Of a stretch of DNA of 64,000 bases, positions 19,554 to 37,231 are shown one piece after another. The position numbers and the translations under genes were made by a program. Origin of the DNA: the human T2T-CHM13v2.0 reference genome, Homo sapiens; NCBI RefSeq assembly GCF_009914755.1, contig NC_060936.1. One strand, 5' to 3'. The number at the start of each line of letters is the position of its first letter. Position 1 is the first letter of the stretch. The notes beneath the pieces are model-generated. The model had not been told where the DNA came from. It worked only from the letters and a program-made list of their open reading frames with translations, and ran no database searches.

Positions 19554-20417
19554 GTCTATAATGCGTTGACATCTTTGAAATCAAGTACCACAGTCCAAGG
19601 TACATAGTAGGTGCTCAGTGAAAGTTTGACAACCACATGAATGAATGAATGAATCAATCAATCAATCACAGAATGAATGAATCACCAAATGAATGAATGA
19701 TTATATAGTTCATTTTTCGTTTGGCTGAGTGCCTGGGACCGGGCTGTATCTGAGCAGCTGTTCAGTAAATGGTTATTGACAAGTTCCTGTAAACATCCCC
19801 CTCCAAAGCAGTTGGGGAGCAAGATCCTGGCGGGTGAACACCCAGCCTCACAGCTATGGTTCCAGGTCATGATAAATTGCTGTGGGAAGCCACAGAGCAG
19901 ACAGCTCATCACACATTGTGATGGATTCATTGTCTTATCTTGTGGCCCCCTTTATCTCAAACTCTCAGCAGAGAAGGATATAAAGGGGCTGAGCTGAGCG
20001 AGAGCCTGTGGATGCTGCTCTTCAGGAAAAGGAGGGGAAAATCAGCCCAGACTGGGGATCATCATTAACAGGAGCCGGTTAGAATTAGAGATGGGGGTGC
20101 GGATGGTGGTGGGACTCTCTTCATCCCCACACCCTATCTAATTCATTTATTCAACAAATATTTATTGAGTACCAGAGACTCTTTGGGGATACGTGAATTA
20201 ATAAAACAGACAAAACCCCTACCCTGTTGGAATTTATATTTTAAAGAAGCAGGATGAACAATGGACACATAAGTCGGACATACTGTATATGAGGAGCCCT
20301 GTACACTAGGAGAAAAATCAGGCAGGGAGGGAAGATAAGGCGTGTTTGGGGTTGAGCTTTTCCATTGAGGTGAAATTCATATAACATGAAATTAACCATT
20401 TAAAAGTGAACAATTTG

Positions 20418-20849
20418 CTGGTGCGCGGGCTCAGGCCTATAATCCCAGTACTTTGGGAGGCTGGGACGGGAGGATTGCTTGATCCCACGAGTTGGAGACC
20501 AGCTGGGCAACATGACAAGACACCATCTCTATTTTTGTTACTGTTTGTTTGTCTGTTTGTTTTGAGACCAAGTCTCACTCTTTTACCCAGGCTGGAGTAC
20601 AGGCGTGATCTCAGCTCACTGCAACCTTTACCTCCTGGATTCAAGTGATTCTCGTGCCTCAGCCTCCCGAGTAGCTGGGACTACAGGCATGAGCCACCAC
20701 ACTCGGCTAATTTTTGTATTTTTTTAGTAGAGACAGAGTTTCACCAGAGTTCAAGTCCAGGCTGGTCTCCAACTCCTGACCTCAGGTGATCCACCTGCCT
20801 CGGCCTCCCAAAGTGTTGGGATTACAGATGTGCGCCACCGTGCCCGGCC
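20418..20849. mobile_element. Alu monomer (+) and Alu (-)
   Basis: Tail-to-tail inside L1. Confidence 0.8.
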
Positions 20850-21315
20850 TCTATTTTTTTTTTAAGTGAACAATTTAGTGGCATTTAGTTCATTCACAAT
20901 GTTGTGCAACCACTATCTCTGTCTAGTTCCAGAACATTCTCATTGTCCCAGAAGGAAACCCCATACCCATTAAGGAGTCCCTCTCCATTCCCCCTTCCTG
21001 CAGCCCCTGGTAACCACCAGTTTTCTTTCTCTGTATGGATTTGTCTGTTTTTGGATATTTCACATAAATGGCGTCATACACTATGTGGCCTTCTGTCACT
21101 AGCTCCTTTCACAAGAAGCTCACCTTGTTTTCAAGATTCATTCATGTTGTAGCATGTGCCTTTCATTCCTTTTTATGGCTGAACAAAATTGAATTGCATG
21201 GATAGACCACATTTTTTTAATTCATTCATCTGTTTAGGGACATCTGAGTTGTTTCCATCTTTGGCTATTGTGAATAGTGCTACTATGAACATTCAGGTTA
21301 CAAGTATCTGTTTGA

Positions 21316-21460
21316 GGCTGGGTGCAGTGGCTCATGCCTGTAGTCCCAGCACTTTGGGAGGCTGAGATGGATGGATCGCTTGAGGTCAGGAGTTCGAGAC
21401 TAGCCTGGCCAACACAGTGAAACTCCGTCTCTACTAAAAATTAAAAAATAAAAATAAAAA
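21316..21460 (+). mobile_element. Alu left monomer
   Basis: Left arm + A-rich tail. Confidence 0.85.
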
Positions 21461-21656
21461 ATCTTGTGTTTGAATCCCTGTTTCCAATTCTTTTGGGTAA
21501 AAACCTAAGAGTGGAACTGCTGTGTCATATGGTAATTCTATGTTTAACTTTTTGAGGGATGGCCAAACTGTTTTCTACAGCAGCAGCATCATTTTACATT
21601 CCTATCAGTGATATACAAAGGCTCCAATGTCTTTATCTTCTCACCAATACTTGTTA

Positions 21657-21935
21657 TTTTTGAGAGAGAGTCTCGCTGTGTCACCCAGGCTGGAGTGCAG
21701 TGGTGCGATCTCAGCTCACTGCAACCTCCACCTCCCGGATTCAAGTGATTATAGTGTCTCCTGAGTAGCTGGGATTACAGGGACCTGCCACCACGCCCAG
21801 CTACTTTTTGTATTTTTAGTAGAGACCAGGTTTCGCCATGTTGGCCAGGCTGTCTTGAACTCCTGACCTCAGGTGATCTGCCCACCTCGGCCTCCCAAAG
21901 TGCTGGGATTACAGGCGTGAGCCACCGCGTCTGGC
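21657..21935 (-). mobile_element. Alu
   Basis: Alu consensus. Confidence 0.9.
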
Positions 21936-22136
21936 CTCCATTTTAAAACTAATAATCGACCTAGTGAAATGAAGTCGTATGTCATGTGGTTTGGTTGGCG
22001 TTTCCCTAATACAAATTATTATGTGGTAAGCATCTTTTCATGTGGTCATTGGCCATGTGTATATCTTCTTAGATAAATGTCTATTCAAGTCCTTTGCTCA
22101 CGTGTGACTTGGGTTGTCTTTTTGTCATTGAGTTAG

Positions 22137-22765
<629 letters not shown>

Positions 22766-23227
22766 AAACTTTTAAATAGGGTGATCAGAAAAGATCTCCC
22801 TAAGATGATGACTTTTAAGTGAAGACCTTAAGAAGGTGAGAGGGTGAGCCAAGGAGATAACTGGGAAGAGCATTCCAGGCAGAGAGGACAGCAAATACAA
22901 AGATCCTGAGGCAAATCACTTTCATTTGTCTGTAACTCTGTTTTCCTGTCTGCAAATGGGGAGGAATAAGACCATGAAGCATCCCAACAAATGGTGGCAA
23001 ATTATCAACACCTGGGCTCGCCCACTGCTCTTGCTCTTAAGCAAGATACTTAATGAATGTCTCAGAGCTTCAGTTTGCTCACCTGTAAAATGGTGATAAT
23101 AACTGTACCAATCTCACAGTGTTGTCAGGAGAATTAAAAGACATATGCTTTGCCAGGGCCTGGCACACAGTAGTGTTCACAAATGTAGGGTTTGAACCCA
23201 GACTAGGAGGACTTCCAGTCCTGAGGG

Positions 23228-23990
<763 letters not shown>

Positions 23991-24106
23991 CAGTTCCCCT
24001 CATTTCTGTGAGAGAGTCTAAAGGGTTTCATGGTGGGGAAGCCTGTGGTCCATCCTGACTGCCTCCCTATGTTTTCCCCTATCTATGTTTTTAAAAGCAT
24101 AATTTA

Positions 24107-24299
24107 ACCAGCCTGGCCAACATGGTGAAACCCCATCTCTACTAAAAATGCAAAAAATTAGCCGGGTGTAGTGGCGGGCACCTGTAATCCCAGCTACTCA
24201 GGAGGCTGAGACAGAAGAGGTTCAAGTGAGGCGAGATTGCACCATTGCACTCCAGCCTGGGCAACGAGAGAGAAACTCCATCTCAAAAAAAAAAAAAAA
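24107..24299 (+). mobile_element. 5'-truncated Alu
   Basis: TSD aaaagcataatt. Confidence 0.9.
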
Positions 24300-24527
24300 G
24301 CATAATTACTTAGATTCTAACATCAAGCAGGGAGATTAGAGTCTGAATCCCAGCTTTCACCGAATGACCTTGGGCAAATGTCTTAACCTCTTTGAACTAA
24401 TTTCTTCATCTGTGCCTCAATATTGTGGACAGGATTCAAGATCATATTGTGTCAACAGGAGAATTAACAGAGATAACGCAAGTGAGTATCACCAGCACGT
24501 GACAGGTGCTCAAAAAAAAAGTATTCC

Positions 24528-24878
<351 letters not shown>

Positions 24879-25200
24879 TCAAAAAACACAAGATTATTTT
24901 AAATAGATCATCTTCAACACAAATTACCACAGTGTTTTGCTTTGTTTTGTTTTTTGGTGGCGAATAGATTGTGGGCCTTGGGGGGCGTCTCAAGTGAGTG
25001 CTCAGATCCCAGCTTCTGTGCTTTATTGGCTGTTGGACCTCCGGCGAGTGTCTTAACCTGTCTGAGCTTTAGTTTCCTGGCCTAACTTACAAAGTAGTTG
25101 TAAGAATCCAAGATAATTTTCGTAAAGCACCTAGCACCCAAGAGGACTTTGGGCCTTATGGGGCCGCAGTAGTTATCCAGCTATGAAAAAAAGGACAAAA

Positions 25201-25569
<369 letters not shown>

Positions 25570-25590
25570 CTATTTAGAAACGCCATGCAG

Positions 25591-25975
<385 letters not shown>

Positions 25976-26136
25976 CTAGAAAGAGCTAGGGATCAGGAAT
26001 CTCAAATTTGGACTTCACTTTGTCCAAAGCTAACTCTGTGCCCTTGAGCAAATCTCTTCCCCTCTCTGTGCCTCAGTTTTCCAGGAATCCCTTTGTAAAG
26101 ACCCTTTCCTCTCTGAAACCATGGTGGTACTGCTAC

Positions 26137-26155
26137 TGACCAGCAGAGGGCAGTG
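26137..26155 (+). promoter_or_regulatory. Candidate CTCF binding site
   Basis: TGACCAGCAGAGGGCAGTG closely matches the CTCF core CCASYAGRKGGCRS. Confidence 0.65.
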
Positions 26156-26562
26156 ATGCACCAACATTCTCTATGGATCTGCGTTGCTTTTGTCTGGCCT
26201 TGGACAAGAACATTTAAATAATTAGTTAGTGGTCTGTGTCACTCTTTTTCAAAGAGCCTTATTTTATCCTCAGCGCATAGTCAGAATAAGGTCTTGCCAC
26301 AGTGCACAGATGAGGAAGTAGAGCCTCAGAAGCATAAGAAACTTAACCGGTAATTTTGGTCACACCACATCCTAAATTTAGACTATCAGAATGGTATGAA
26401 CACATTGCTGTATGTCTGGGCTGCATGGCATCGATAATCCATTACCTGCTTTATGGTTCATGAAGCACTTTCTGATCCTCAATATCAGAATTCTCATCTT
26501 ATTCTCCTCCAGTTTACAGGTGAGCAAACAGTGGCCTCTAGAGGTTATGTCATTTGGCTTAG

Positions 26563-27103
<541 letters not shown>

Positions 27104-27399
27104 TAGCTTAACAACAGAACCTGGCGTTCTGCCGTTTTTATGTGATGAAATGTAGTGAGTGAGTGCTCATCCAAATATTGCTCCTTGTTTTGGAAAAGGA
27201 ATTAAGCCTCTTTCCCTGTCTCAGCAGCCACACCATTATTAGCAATCCCATAGGAAACTGGAATAGCTTTACATAGACAGTGGTTCTCAAAAAGGACTAT
27301 CAAATGACACACCTGTCCCCAACTCCAGATTCTGATATCCACACCCCAAACATCCAATCACTGGTTTTGATGGTCTTTTGACGTTGTTGTTTGTTTGTT

Positions 27400-27873
<474 letters not shown>

Positions 27874-27909
27874 TGATCTGTTTGTGTGTGCTATGTCATC
27901 AACAGACTC

Positions 27910-28320
27910 CTGGGTTGGATAAGATGCTGTAACAGAAAAGTGCAACTCAAATTAGCTTAAACACGTAAACATTAGGAAAATTTCCACCTCACCTAACAAG
28001 TAAACTGCAAGGTAGCAAAGGTAGCTACTAAACAACAGCAGCAGCTTCTCTCCATTTTTTCACCTTCATCACGATGGGCAAAAGTGCCCTTTAGTGTGAG
28101 TCCCCCTCATGGATACAAGATGGCAACTGCATTCCCAAGCATGGCAGCCACAAGGGGGCAACACCCAAAGGAAGATAAAAGGCCTCTTCCTTGTGTCTCT
28201 TTATAAAAGGAACTACCCACCCCAGCTGATTTGCTCTCACATCTCATTGGCCAGAAATGGATCACGTGGCCCTGCCTAAACCAATCACTAGCCAGGGAAT
28301 GAGATTGACATGAAGGCTTA
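27910..28320 (-). mobile_element. MLT1-family LTR remnant
   Basis: ctcacatctcattggccagaaatggatcacgtggccctgcctaaaccaatcac. Confidence 0.5.
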
Positions 28321-28329
28321 GGCCTCTGG

Positions 28330-28999
28330 ATCTCAACCAGCGGTGATTTTATCCTGGAGGGGACATTTGGTACTGTCTGCTCACATTTTTGATTGCCACA
28401 ACTGAGGGCAGGATACTACTAGCAGCTACTGAGTAGAGGCCAGGGATGCTGCTAAAATCTTACGATGCAGGACAGCCCCACAGCAAAGAATTATTTGGCT
28501 TTTTAAAAAAGTTTTTCTTTCTCTTCTTAGGTATAGACTACCACGTAAACTGTGATTTGAAATATTGCTACTACTTGGCTGTCCCTACATCAGATTTTCA
28601 TTTAAGTGGATTCCTCTGTAGTATTTCTCCTCTTCCTTCTCCTCCTTGAATCTCCCCAGTCTTTCCTTTTATAAAGTTGTTGAACCAATATCCTATTTAA
28701 AATTGTGTTTTGGGGGTAGCTGTCTTTATTACTGTCACTGTCTTATAAAACCAGAGATGACATATTTGTAAACAGAGCTTGAGAAATGAACGAGGCCCAG
28801 TGGAAGCAGAAAATTTGATGAGATTAGATTTTTTGTGAGACAGGGGTCTCGCTATGTTGCCCAGGCTGGTCTTGAACTCCTGGCTTCAAGCAATCCTTTC
28901 ACCTTGGCCTTCCAAAGTGCTGGGAATCCTTGCGTGAGCCACTGCGCCTGGCCTTACCTGGCCTAAAATGTCAGCAGTGTTGGAAGGTGAGAAACCCTG
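28330..28999 (+). mobile_element. MER20 hAT transposon, split by a FLAM plus unexplained insert
   Basis: tctcaacc...gaggccagggatgctgctaaa...caaagaattat | ...aaaatgtcagcagtg...gagaaaccctg. Confidence 0.7.
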
Positions 29000-29747
29000 G
29001 CATAGACCGATTCACTAGAGGATTCTTTCTCTACTGCAGGGCTTGGGGCTGGTATCTGCCCTCCATGAAGCACATAACTACAAGGAGGAGGGAGGACACC
29101 ACACAAAATTGAGGTTCAGAGAATTTGAAAGAAGAACTTGGCGGGGGCTGGCTTTTGGGAAGGGGACCAAAAGTCTCTGAAGCCCTGATGCTGTGAATTT
29201 AGCTCCCAGCAGGCTCTAAGGAGCTCTGACACCGTGTGCCCTGCTGCTGGGAGTTAGGAATAGCACAGAATCAACACTTGGCCCTTGCCCTCACATTGCT
29301 TATAGGCCAGCTGTTTAAGCCAGACTGGCATTACTTCCTTTTTGCTATTATCGTTTATAGTGTTTCTTCATGGTAGAAAATACAGAAAGGAATACGGAAA
29401 CAAAGCCAGAATCGCTCATACTCCTACCACTCAGAGAGAACCACACTAACATTTTGTTTCCTTTCAAATTTGGTACTGTTTTCTAATTATCACAATTCAC
29501 ACAAATTATCTCCTCATTCTTTCATTCAGTCCACAGCTATAGAGCTGAGTGCTGGTGTGTGCGGTTCAGATTCTCACTGCACTGAGAGTACCCAGAAGAA
29601 CAAGTTCACTGGAGTTCAGAGCAGTTAGATGTGGGAGACTTGACTTGGGCAACCTGAATGGAGAAAGAGGGAATAAGGATGGCTTCCACAGAGCAGAAGG
29701 GCCTGCACCAGGAAGATTGCAGGTATTGTAGATATCTGGTTCTTTGA

Positions 29748-30085
<338 letters not shown>

Positions 30086-30630
30086 CTCATTCCCCACTTC
30101 TGAGAAGAGCACCTGGCTTTCCTTTGGAGGAGTCATTCCTTCCCCACCATCAGCCCTCAGCTCCTGCTTGGGTGCAGCTAACCCTACCCCTCGGTTCCAG
30201 GTGGTCACATGACCCAACTCTGGTCAATCCCTCCCACCAGTGATTGGCTCACAGCTGGGCACATGACTAGATCAGGCCAATCAAGACCAAGGAGACTCTG
30301 TTCCATCTGTGGGGCCTGCCTAGAAAGGGAAACTCTCTCTCCATTGGATTTGGAGCTATAAGGATGAAGCCTGGAGCTGCTGGTGGCTGCTTTTCTATCA
30401 GGAGCAGAGAGAGGATACTGGGAAATAAAGCCAACACGGTAAAGGGAATAGCTGAGAGATGGAGGAAGTGTGACCACCCTGAGGGAAACCTTGGAGCTTC
30501 TCCAGCCAGTTGTATTGAAGTCCATGGCTTCTACGGATTTCCAGTTACGTAATCGAATCAATTGCCTTTTTTGGCTTAAGCCAGTTTCAGTTAACTTTCT
30601 GTCTTTTGCAACTGAAAGTTCAGACATACT
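30086..30630 (+). mobile_element. MLT1-family LTR remnant
   Basis: gattggctcacagctgggcacatgactagatcaggccaatca...gcttaagccagtttcagttaactttctgtc. Confidence 0.5.
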
Positions 30631-31284
30631 GTTTGCTAGAGTAATGGAAAAAATGGACTCAGAGGCAAGAAGGACTTTGCTCTGACATTAACCAGCTGTG
30701 TCCTTGGGTAAAATCACTTCATCTTCCAGATTCAATTCTCTAGAATGAAGGAAATAATACGTTCCTCTTGGGTGGCTGGAAGAATTGAATGACCTCCTGT
30801 GGCTGGCAGTGCTTTGTGAACGTGAAGGGAAATATAAATGCAAGGAGTTCTTATAAATGGCAGGGATAATTTTAGGAAAGAGGTTTCAGATGAGCTTAAA
30901 AGGATGGCGGGCTCCAAGGTAAACTCAGATGCTGTAGCAACCAGGTGGTGATGGAAGCCTGTGAAGTGGTGGCAGGTATAAGGAAGTTCAGGGGCCTTTC
31001 TGGTCTACTCTTTCCTTTTCTCTTTGATACATTTGTGAGACAAAGGAGTATTACTGTAAGAAAAATGGCAGCACAAACGTGATGATCACCATCAACTGAC
31101 ACTGGCTTTAGGATCAGAGACAACAGGGAGTGGTGGGGACTGTGGCAGACTGGACAGTGCATGTCCCATTGTAAGCAAGCAGGCTTCCTCAGCTCCAGCC
31201 AATCTATGCCACACAGTATGGCCAGATTTGCTAATTTTTCTTTTCTTTCTTTTTTTTAATAGAAAAGTGGGAAATATCTTTTAA

Positions 31285-31626
<342 letters not shown>

Positions 31627-32381
31627 TGACTTAACACATTAATATAATAAAGGAATATGGCTCCCTTATTAACATAAATATAGTTTTAAAATATTCTTTT
31701 CATGAAGTTAACTGTGTTTATTTAGCCATTTTCTTAGCTTTTGCCATCATGGTTCTTGGAGAATTTTTTCTGTAATTGCTGCAGTGAGCTTGGAGATCAC
31801 AGATGTATATAATTTAAATATTACTTCCTCAGGTTTATTCTTAGAAGTAGTATTACCAAATCAAAAGTTCTCAACATTTCTCAGGGTACTGCAATTTTTA
31901 CATTGCATATCAAAACTGTTGTTACTGAAATCTGCATTCCTTTCATCAGTTCACAGAAATTTGCAATCACAGACATCTTTAGATCTATGTCCAGCTGCGT
32001 TCATTTCACATATTCAGAAATGAAGCCTAAAGATCTGAACCCAGAAGCCAGACCTCCAGACTGCCAGTCAGTTTCCTCCCCCATCCACTCTGATTTATTA
32101 AGCAGTTAGGCTGGCCCTTCCCGACCCTTCCTACACAGTGGCAGAGCTTTTGCTCCTCTACCCACTGGAATCTACACTGGTCCCAGCCCCTCATTCAACT
32201 CCCGTGGGACGCCAAGCAATACGGAGTTCGGAGTTTGAGAAGCACGGAAATCTCCTGAACCCCACCACGAGTCCACACTAGGCTGTGAGTCTACCACAGG
32301 GTCTCAAACCAGAAAGTGGAAAAAGTAATTTTTCAAGGCAGCCTGGAAATCCAGATTTTTATGTAAAATGCCTCAATTTTA

Positions 32382-32817
<436 letters not shown>

Positions 32818-33335
32818 TGAGCAAAGTACAGCTTATCTATCTAATTTAGCTAGTTTGTGGTCCCCTGTGTAGGTGCAGAGATGGATCTTGGGAGAATGAG
32901 AGGGTTGCTGGCAGGGAGATGTCCTTACAAAAAACAAGAAACAAGGCAGAGGGTTCACATCCTCTTCTGAAAACAAATGTGTAGCAATTCCATAAACTTT
33001 CCTATACATTAAATCCTCACATCAACCCTGTGAGTTAGGGCAGGTTAACTCCATCATGCAAATGGGGAAACCAAGGCCAACCAGCTAACCGGTAGCCCTT
33101 CAAGTCTGTGCTCTTTACTTCCTCACTGATGGAACTCAAGTCAGAGCTGACTTTGAAGATCACTAAGAAGCTCAAGACAATGCAAGGAAAATGAACACTT
33201 TTGCTTAAAGAAGGCCAACCTGGCTTTGTTCCCCACTGCACCACTGGTAGTCTCCTAAAAAGTGCACCACTTTTTAGTCTCCTTGCCTTAAGGTGAATGT
33301 AACCAATGGGCACCACTTTGATGATGTCACAGCCA

Positions 33336-34073
33336 TGTAGTGCACGGCTTGCATCTCCCTCTAGAGAGTCTGCACGGCCGGGTGCAGTGGCTCATGACTA
33401 TAATCCCAGCACTTTGGGAGGCTGAAATCACTTGAGGATCACTTAAGGTCAGGAGATCGAGACCAGCCTGGCCAACATGATGAAACCCTGGCTCTACTAA
33501 AAAATACAAAAATTAGCCAGGCGTGGCGGCATGCGTCTGTGGTCCCAGCTACTCAGGAGGCTGAGGCATGAGAATCACTTGAACCCAGGAGGTTGAGGCT
33601 GCAGTGAGCTGTGATCATGGCACTGCATTCCAGCCTGAGTGACAGAGTGAGACCTTGTCTTAAAAAAAAAGAGAGTCTGCACGGAGAGCACAGTTGACTC
33701 ACAGTCCTCATTCCCATTCCTCTGGATCCACCAAGTTCACGCCAAGGCCATATTTCCTCAGATGGCTCCTAGCCAATGACAGCACAGCGGGGGTGGTAGC
33801 ACAGCCCCACTGCTGCTGACCTGAGATTCATCCTACCAGTGACTTTGTTCAGGAAGCCCTCATCAGTCCAGCCAAAACTTTCTGAGACCCGCATTGCTGT
33901 CTGCAGCTCCTCCTACTCACTCTTTCCTTCCCCGTCTCTTTCCCCAGGTGTTAGCCCAGTATCCCAGTCTGAAGACGTCCGCCCTTTATCTTTCACAGGG
34001 ATTCCCTTGATAAATCCCCTGCAAGTCTGAGCCTGTCCTGGCATCTGCTTCCCAGAGGATCCAAATTAACACA
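33336..34073 (+). mobile_element. LTR16-like old ERVL LTR, interrupted by an Alu
   Basis: agccaatgacagcacagc...ggcatctgcttcccagaggatccaaattaacaca resembles LTR16. Confidence 0.55.
33376..33670 (+). mobile_element. Alu
   Basis: TSD agagagtctgcac. Confidence 0.9.
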
Positions 34074-34281
34074 GATAACTTCCATTTTGTAGGATGAGAT
34101 AATGAAGTCTACAACCATCCAAACTCAAAATCATCTGTTGTCAAGGAAATACAGTTTCACATTGCAGTGGTAAGGACCATGGGCTTTGGGTAGACCAGGG
34201 TGTGAGTCCTACCCACCAGCGGTATGACCTTTAGGAAATGTCTTAGCCCGCCCTGACCCTCTATTTCCTCATCCGTGGAAT

Positions 34282-34507
34282 CAGTGATTCTTAACTGGGA
34301 ACAATTTTGTTTCCTCCGGGACAGTTTGCAATGTCTGGAGATTTTTTTGGTTGTCACAACTAGGGGGAGGGGAATGGTTGCAGCTGGCACCTAGTTGGGT
34401 AGAAGGCCAGGGACACTGCTAAATATCCTACAATGCACAGAGCAGCCCCTCCAAGACAAAGATTATCCAGCCCAAAATATCCATAGTGCAGAGGTTGGAA
34501 AACTCTG
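34282..34507 (+). mobile_element. MER20 hAT transposon inside a MIR
   Basis: cagtgattcttaac...gcaatgtctggaga...ggccagggacactgctaaatatcctacaatgcacag...gaggttggaaaactctg. Confidence 0.75.
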
Positions 34508-35235
34508 TGTTAAATGGGGATGATAATAGTAAACTAACTCAAAGAACTATTGTGAGGACTCAATGGGATCATGTGTTCAATATCCCTCGCCTTCCTTGTA
34601 AACTCCACAAGGGCAGGAACCAGATGATGTAGATCAATGTTCTGTATCATCAATGACTGGATCATAAAAGGCGCAAAGTAAATTATTAATTGTTGAAATA
34701 TTTATCAAATGAGTGCAAATCAACAAATGCTAATTGTCATCATCATCGTCACCATTGCCATCTTTCCAGCCCCTGGCTCAGTGCCTGAGGCGTAACAGGT
34801 CCTCAATCTTTGTTGAATGAATGCATGAGAAATGAAGGATTATTTACTCATTAACTACTAATCTGTGTGCTTTGGAGAGATATTGGAAACTCTTGAGAAA
34901 TAGGCCTGGCCTTTTCCTTTTTATTTGCAACGAGGAATTTTGTTCGTCAAATAAATGACCTTAAAGGATTGAGACCGCTGCCAAGCCACAGAATCGGAGT
35001 CGAGAGGCCTGACTCAGAGTCACGGAGAGGTTAGGACACACATCTTGCAGGGCTTAGGCAAAAAAGGAAAATGGGCCAGGCTTTGTGCGAACTTGCTGTG
35101 AAACAAGAGCTGTTTTCAGGGCTCAGGGACACGCTCTGTCCCATGTTTAATTTCTTCCATCTGTCTGGTATCTGACCTCTGCTGCCCTTTAAGCCATTGC
35201 CACATATTGTCTGCACACGTTCCCATATAAGGTGA

Positions 35236-35264
35236 TCTCTCTCTCTCTCTTTCTCTTCCCTCTC

Positions 35265-35300
<36 letters not shown>

Positions 35301-35314
35301 CCTCTCCCTCTCTC
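35236..35314. repeat. (CT)n polypyrimidine tract
   Basis: tctctctctctc... Confidence 0.85.
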
Positions 35315-36244
35315 CGGGTAGCAACACTGACTTCCTCCACCCTGTTCGCCCTCTCTCTGCCTTCCCTGGCAGACTCTGCTGTGAGGATGGATGGCTGGAG
35401 AGCAGGAAGGGGCAGGGGGCTGCCAAGGAATGTAACAGGTTTATTTTTGTTCAGGCTGCATTCTTTGCCCAGCCTGCACGCCCCAGCCACTTGGGAATGT
35501 CACATGCCGATAAGACAGTGGGGGTGACTGGGATCTGTGGCTCAAATCTGCAACACCCCAGGTGTGAGCCATTGTCACAGAGTCGGGGAACTAAGGGTGG
35601 GAGGGGCAGGGACTCTGAGGTCATGGGACTCACCTGTTCCCACTGCCCTGTGTCTGACTCCTAGAAAGACAAGTTTGGTCCTTCAGGGAAACAATTGCAG
35701 AAATTGAGATCCATAACCACCTAAGCCCATCTCTGGGCAAAATTCAACATCTACAGGAGAGTGGAGAAGAGCCAGGTGTCAGGGTGAAATTAACAGCTGT
35801 GTGACCTTGGGCAAGTTGCCTGACGTCTCTGACTCTCAGTTTCCTTCTTTGTCAAAATAGTATCAGTGAATCTGTTCTCTACTATATGGTGAAAATACAC
35901 TCACTGAGGGCAGGTATTATTGTCTATTTTGTTTCCTGTTGTTTCACCATCACCTCAAATAGTGCCTGGCACACAGTAGGTGCTCAAATATATGTTGAGT
36001 AAATTAAATGAGATAATGTTTTAAGTGCTCAGCACCCAAGAAATAAGAGCTGATTCAACAACACCCTACTCAATGACTACAGATATTTATTAAGCACCTC
36101 TTAACAGCCAGACCCTATTAGGTGCTGAGGACACAGGACTAATAGGACAGACAAGGCCCCTGCCCTCAGGGAACTTACATTTGAATGGCAGAGATCTATA
36201 ATAAAATAAGCTAAGGTCAGAGAGTACTAAGGGCTATGAAAGAA

Positions 36245-36538
36245 ATTTTTTTTTTTGAAACAGAGTTTCACTCTTGTTGCCCAGGCTGGAGTGTAATGGC
36301 GTGATCTCTGGCTCACTGCAACCTCCGCCTCCTGGGTTCAAGCAATTCTCCTGCCTCAGCCTCCCGAGCAGCTGGGATTACAGGCATGTGCCACCACACC
36401 CGGCTAATTTTGTATTTTTAGTAGAGACGGGGTTTCTCCATGTTGGTCAGGGTGGTCTTGAACTCCCAACCTCAGGTGATCCGCATGCCTTGGCCTCCCA
36501 AAGTGCTGGGATTACAGGCGTGAGCCACCGCCCTCGGC
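36245..36538 (-). mobile_element. Alu
   Basis: Alu consensus. Confidence 0.9.
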
Positions 36539-36756
36539 TGAAATAAATTTTTTAAAGGATATAGAAGTGTGTTTTTCCAGCCTTTTGACTTTGACTCACA
36601 GCAAGAGATATGTTTATCATGTGAACCAATGCGCACACATGCATGTTTATTAAAAGGGAAAAAACAACTGTGGTGGACTGTCTGCACCAACATCTGCCAA
36701 CAACTTCTCCCATTCATAGAATGCACATGTTGCTCCCCCATCAAGAGGCGGAGTTA

Positions 36757-37208
<452 letters not shown>

Positions 37209-37231
37209 AGGTGGAGCCAGCTTCCCCTTCC

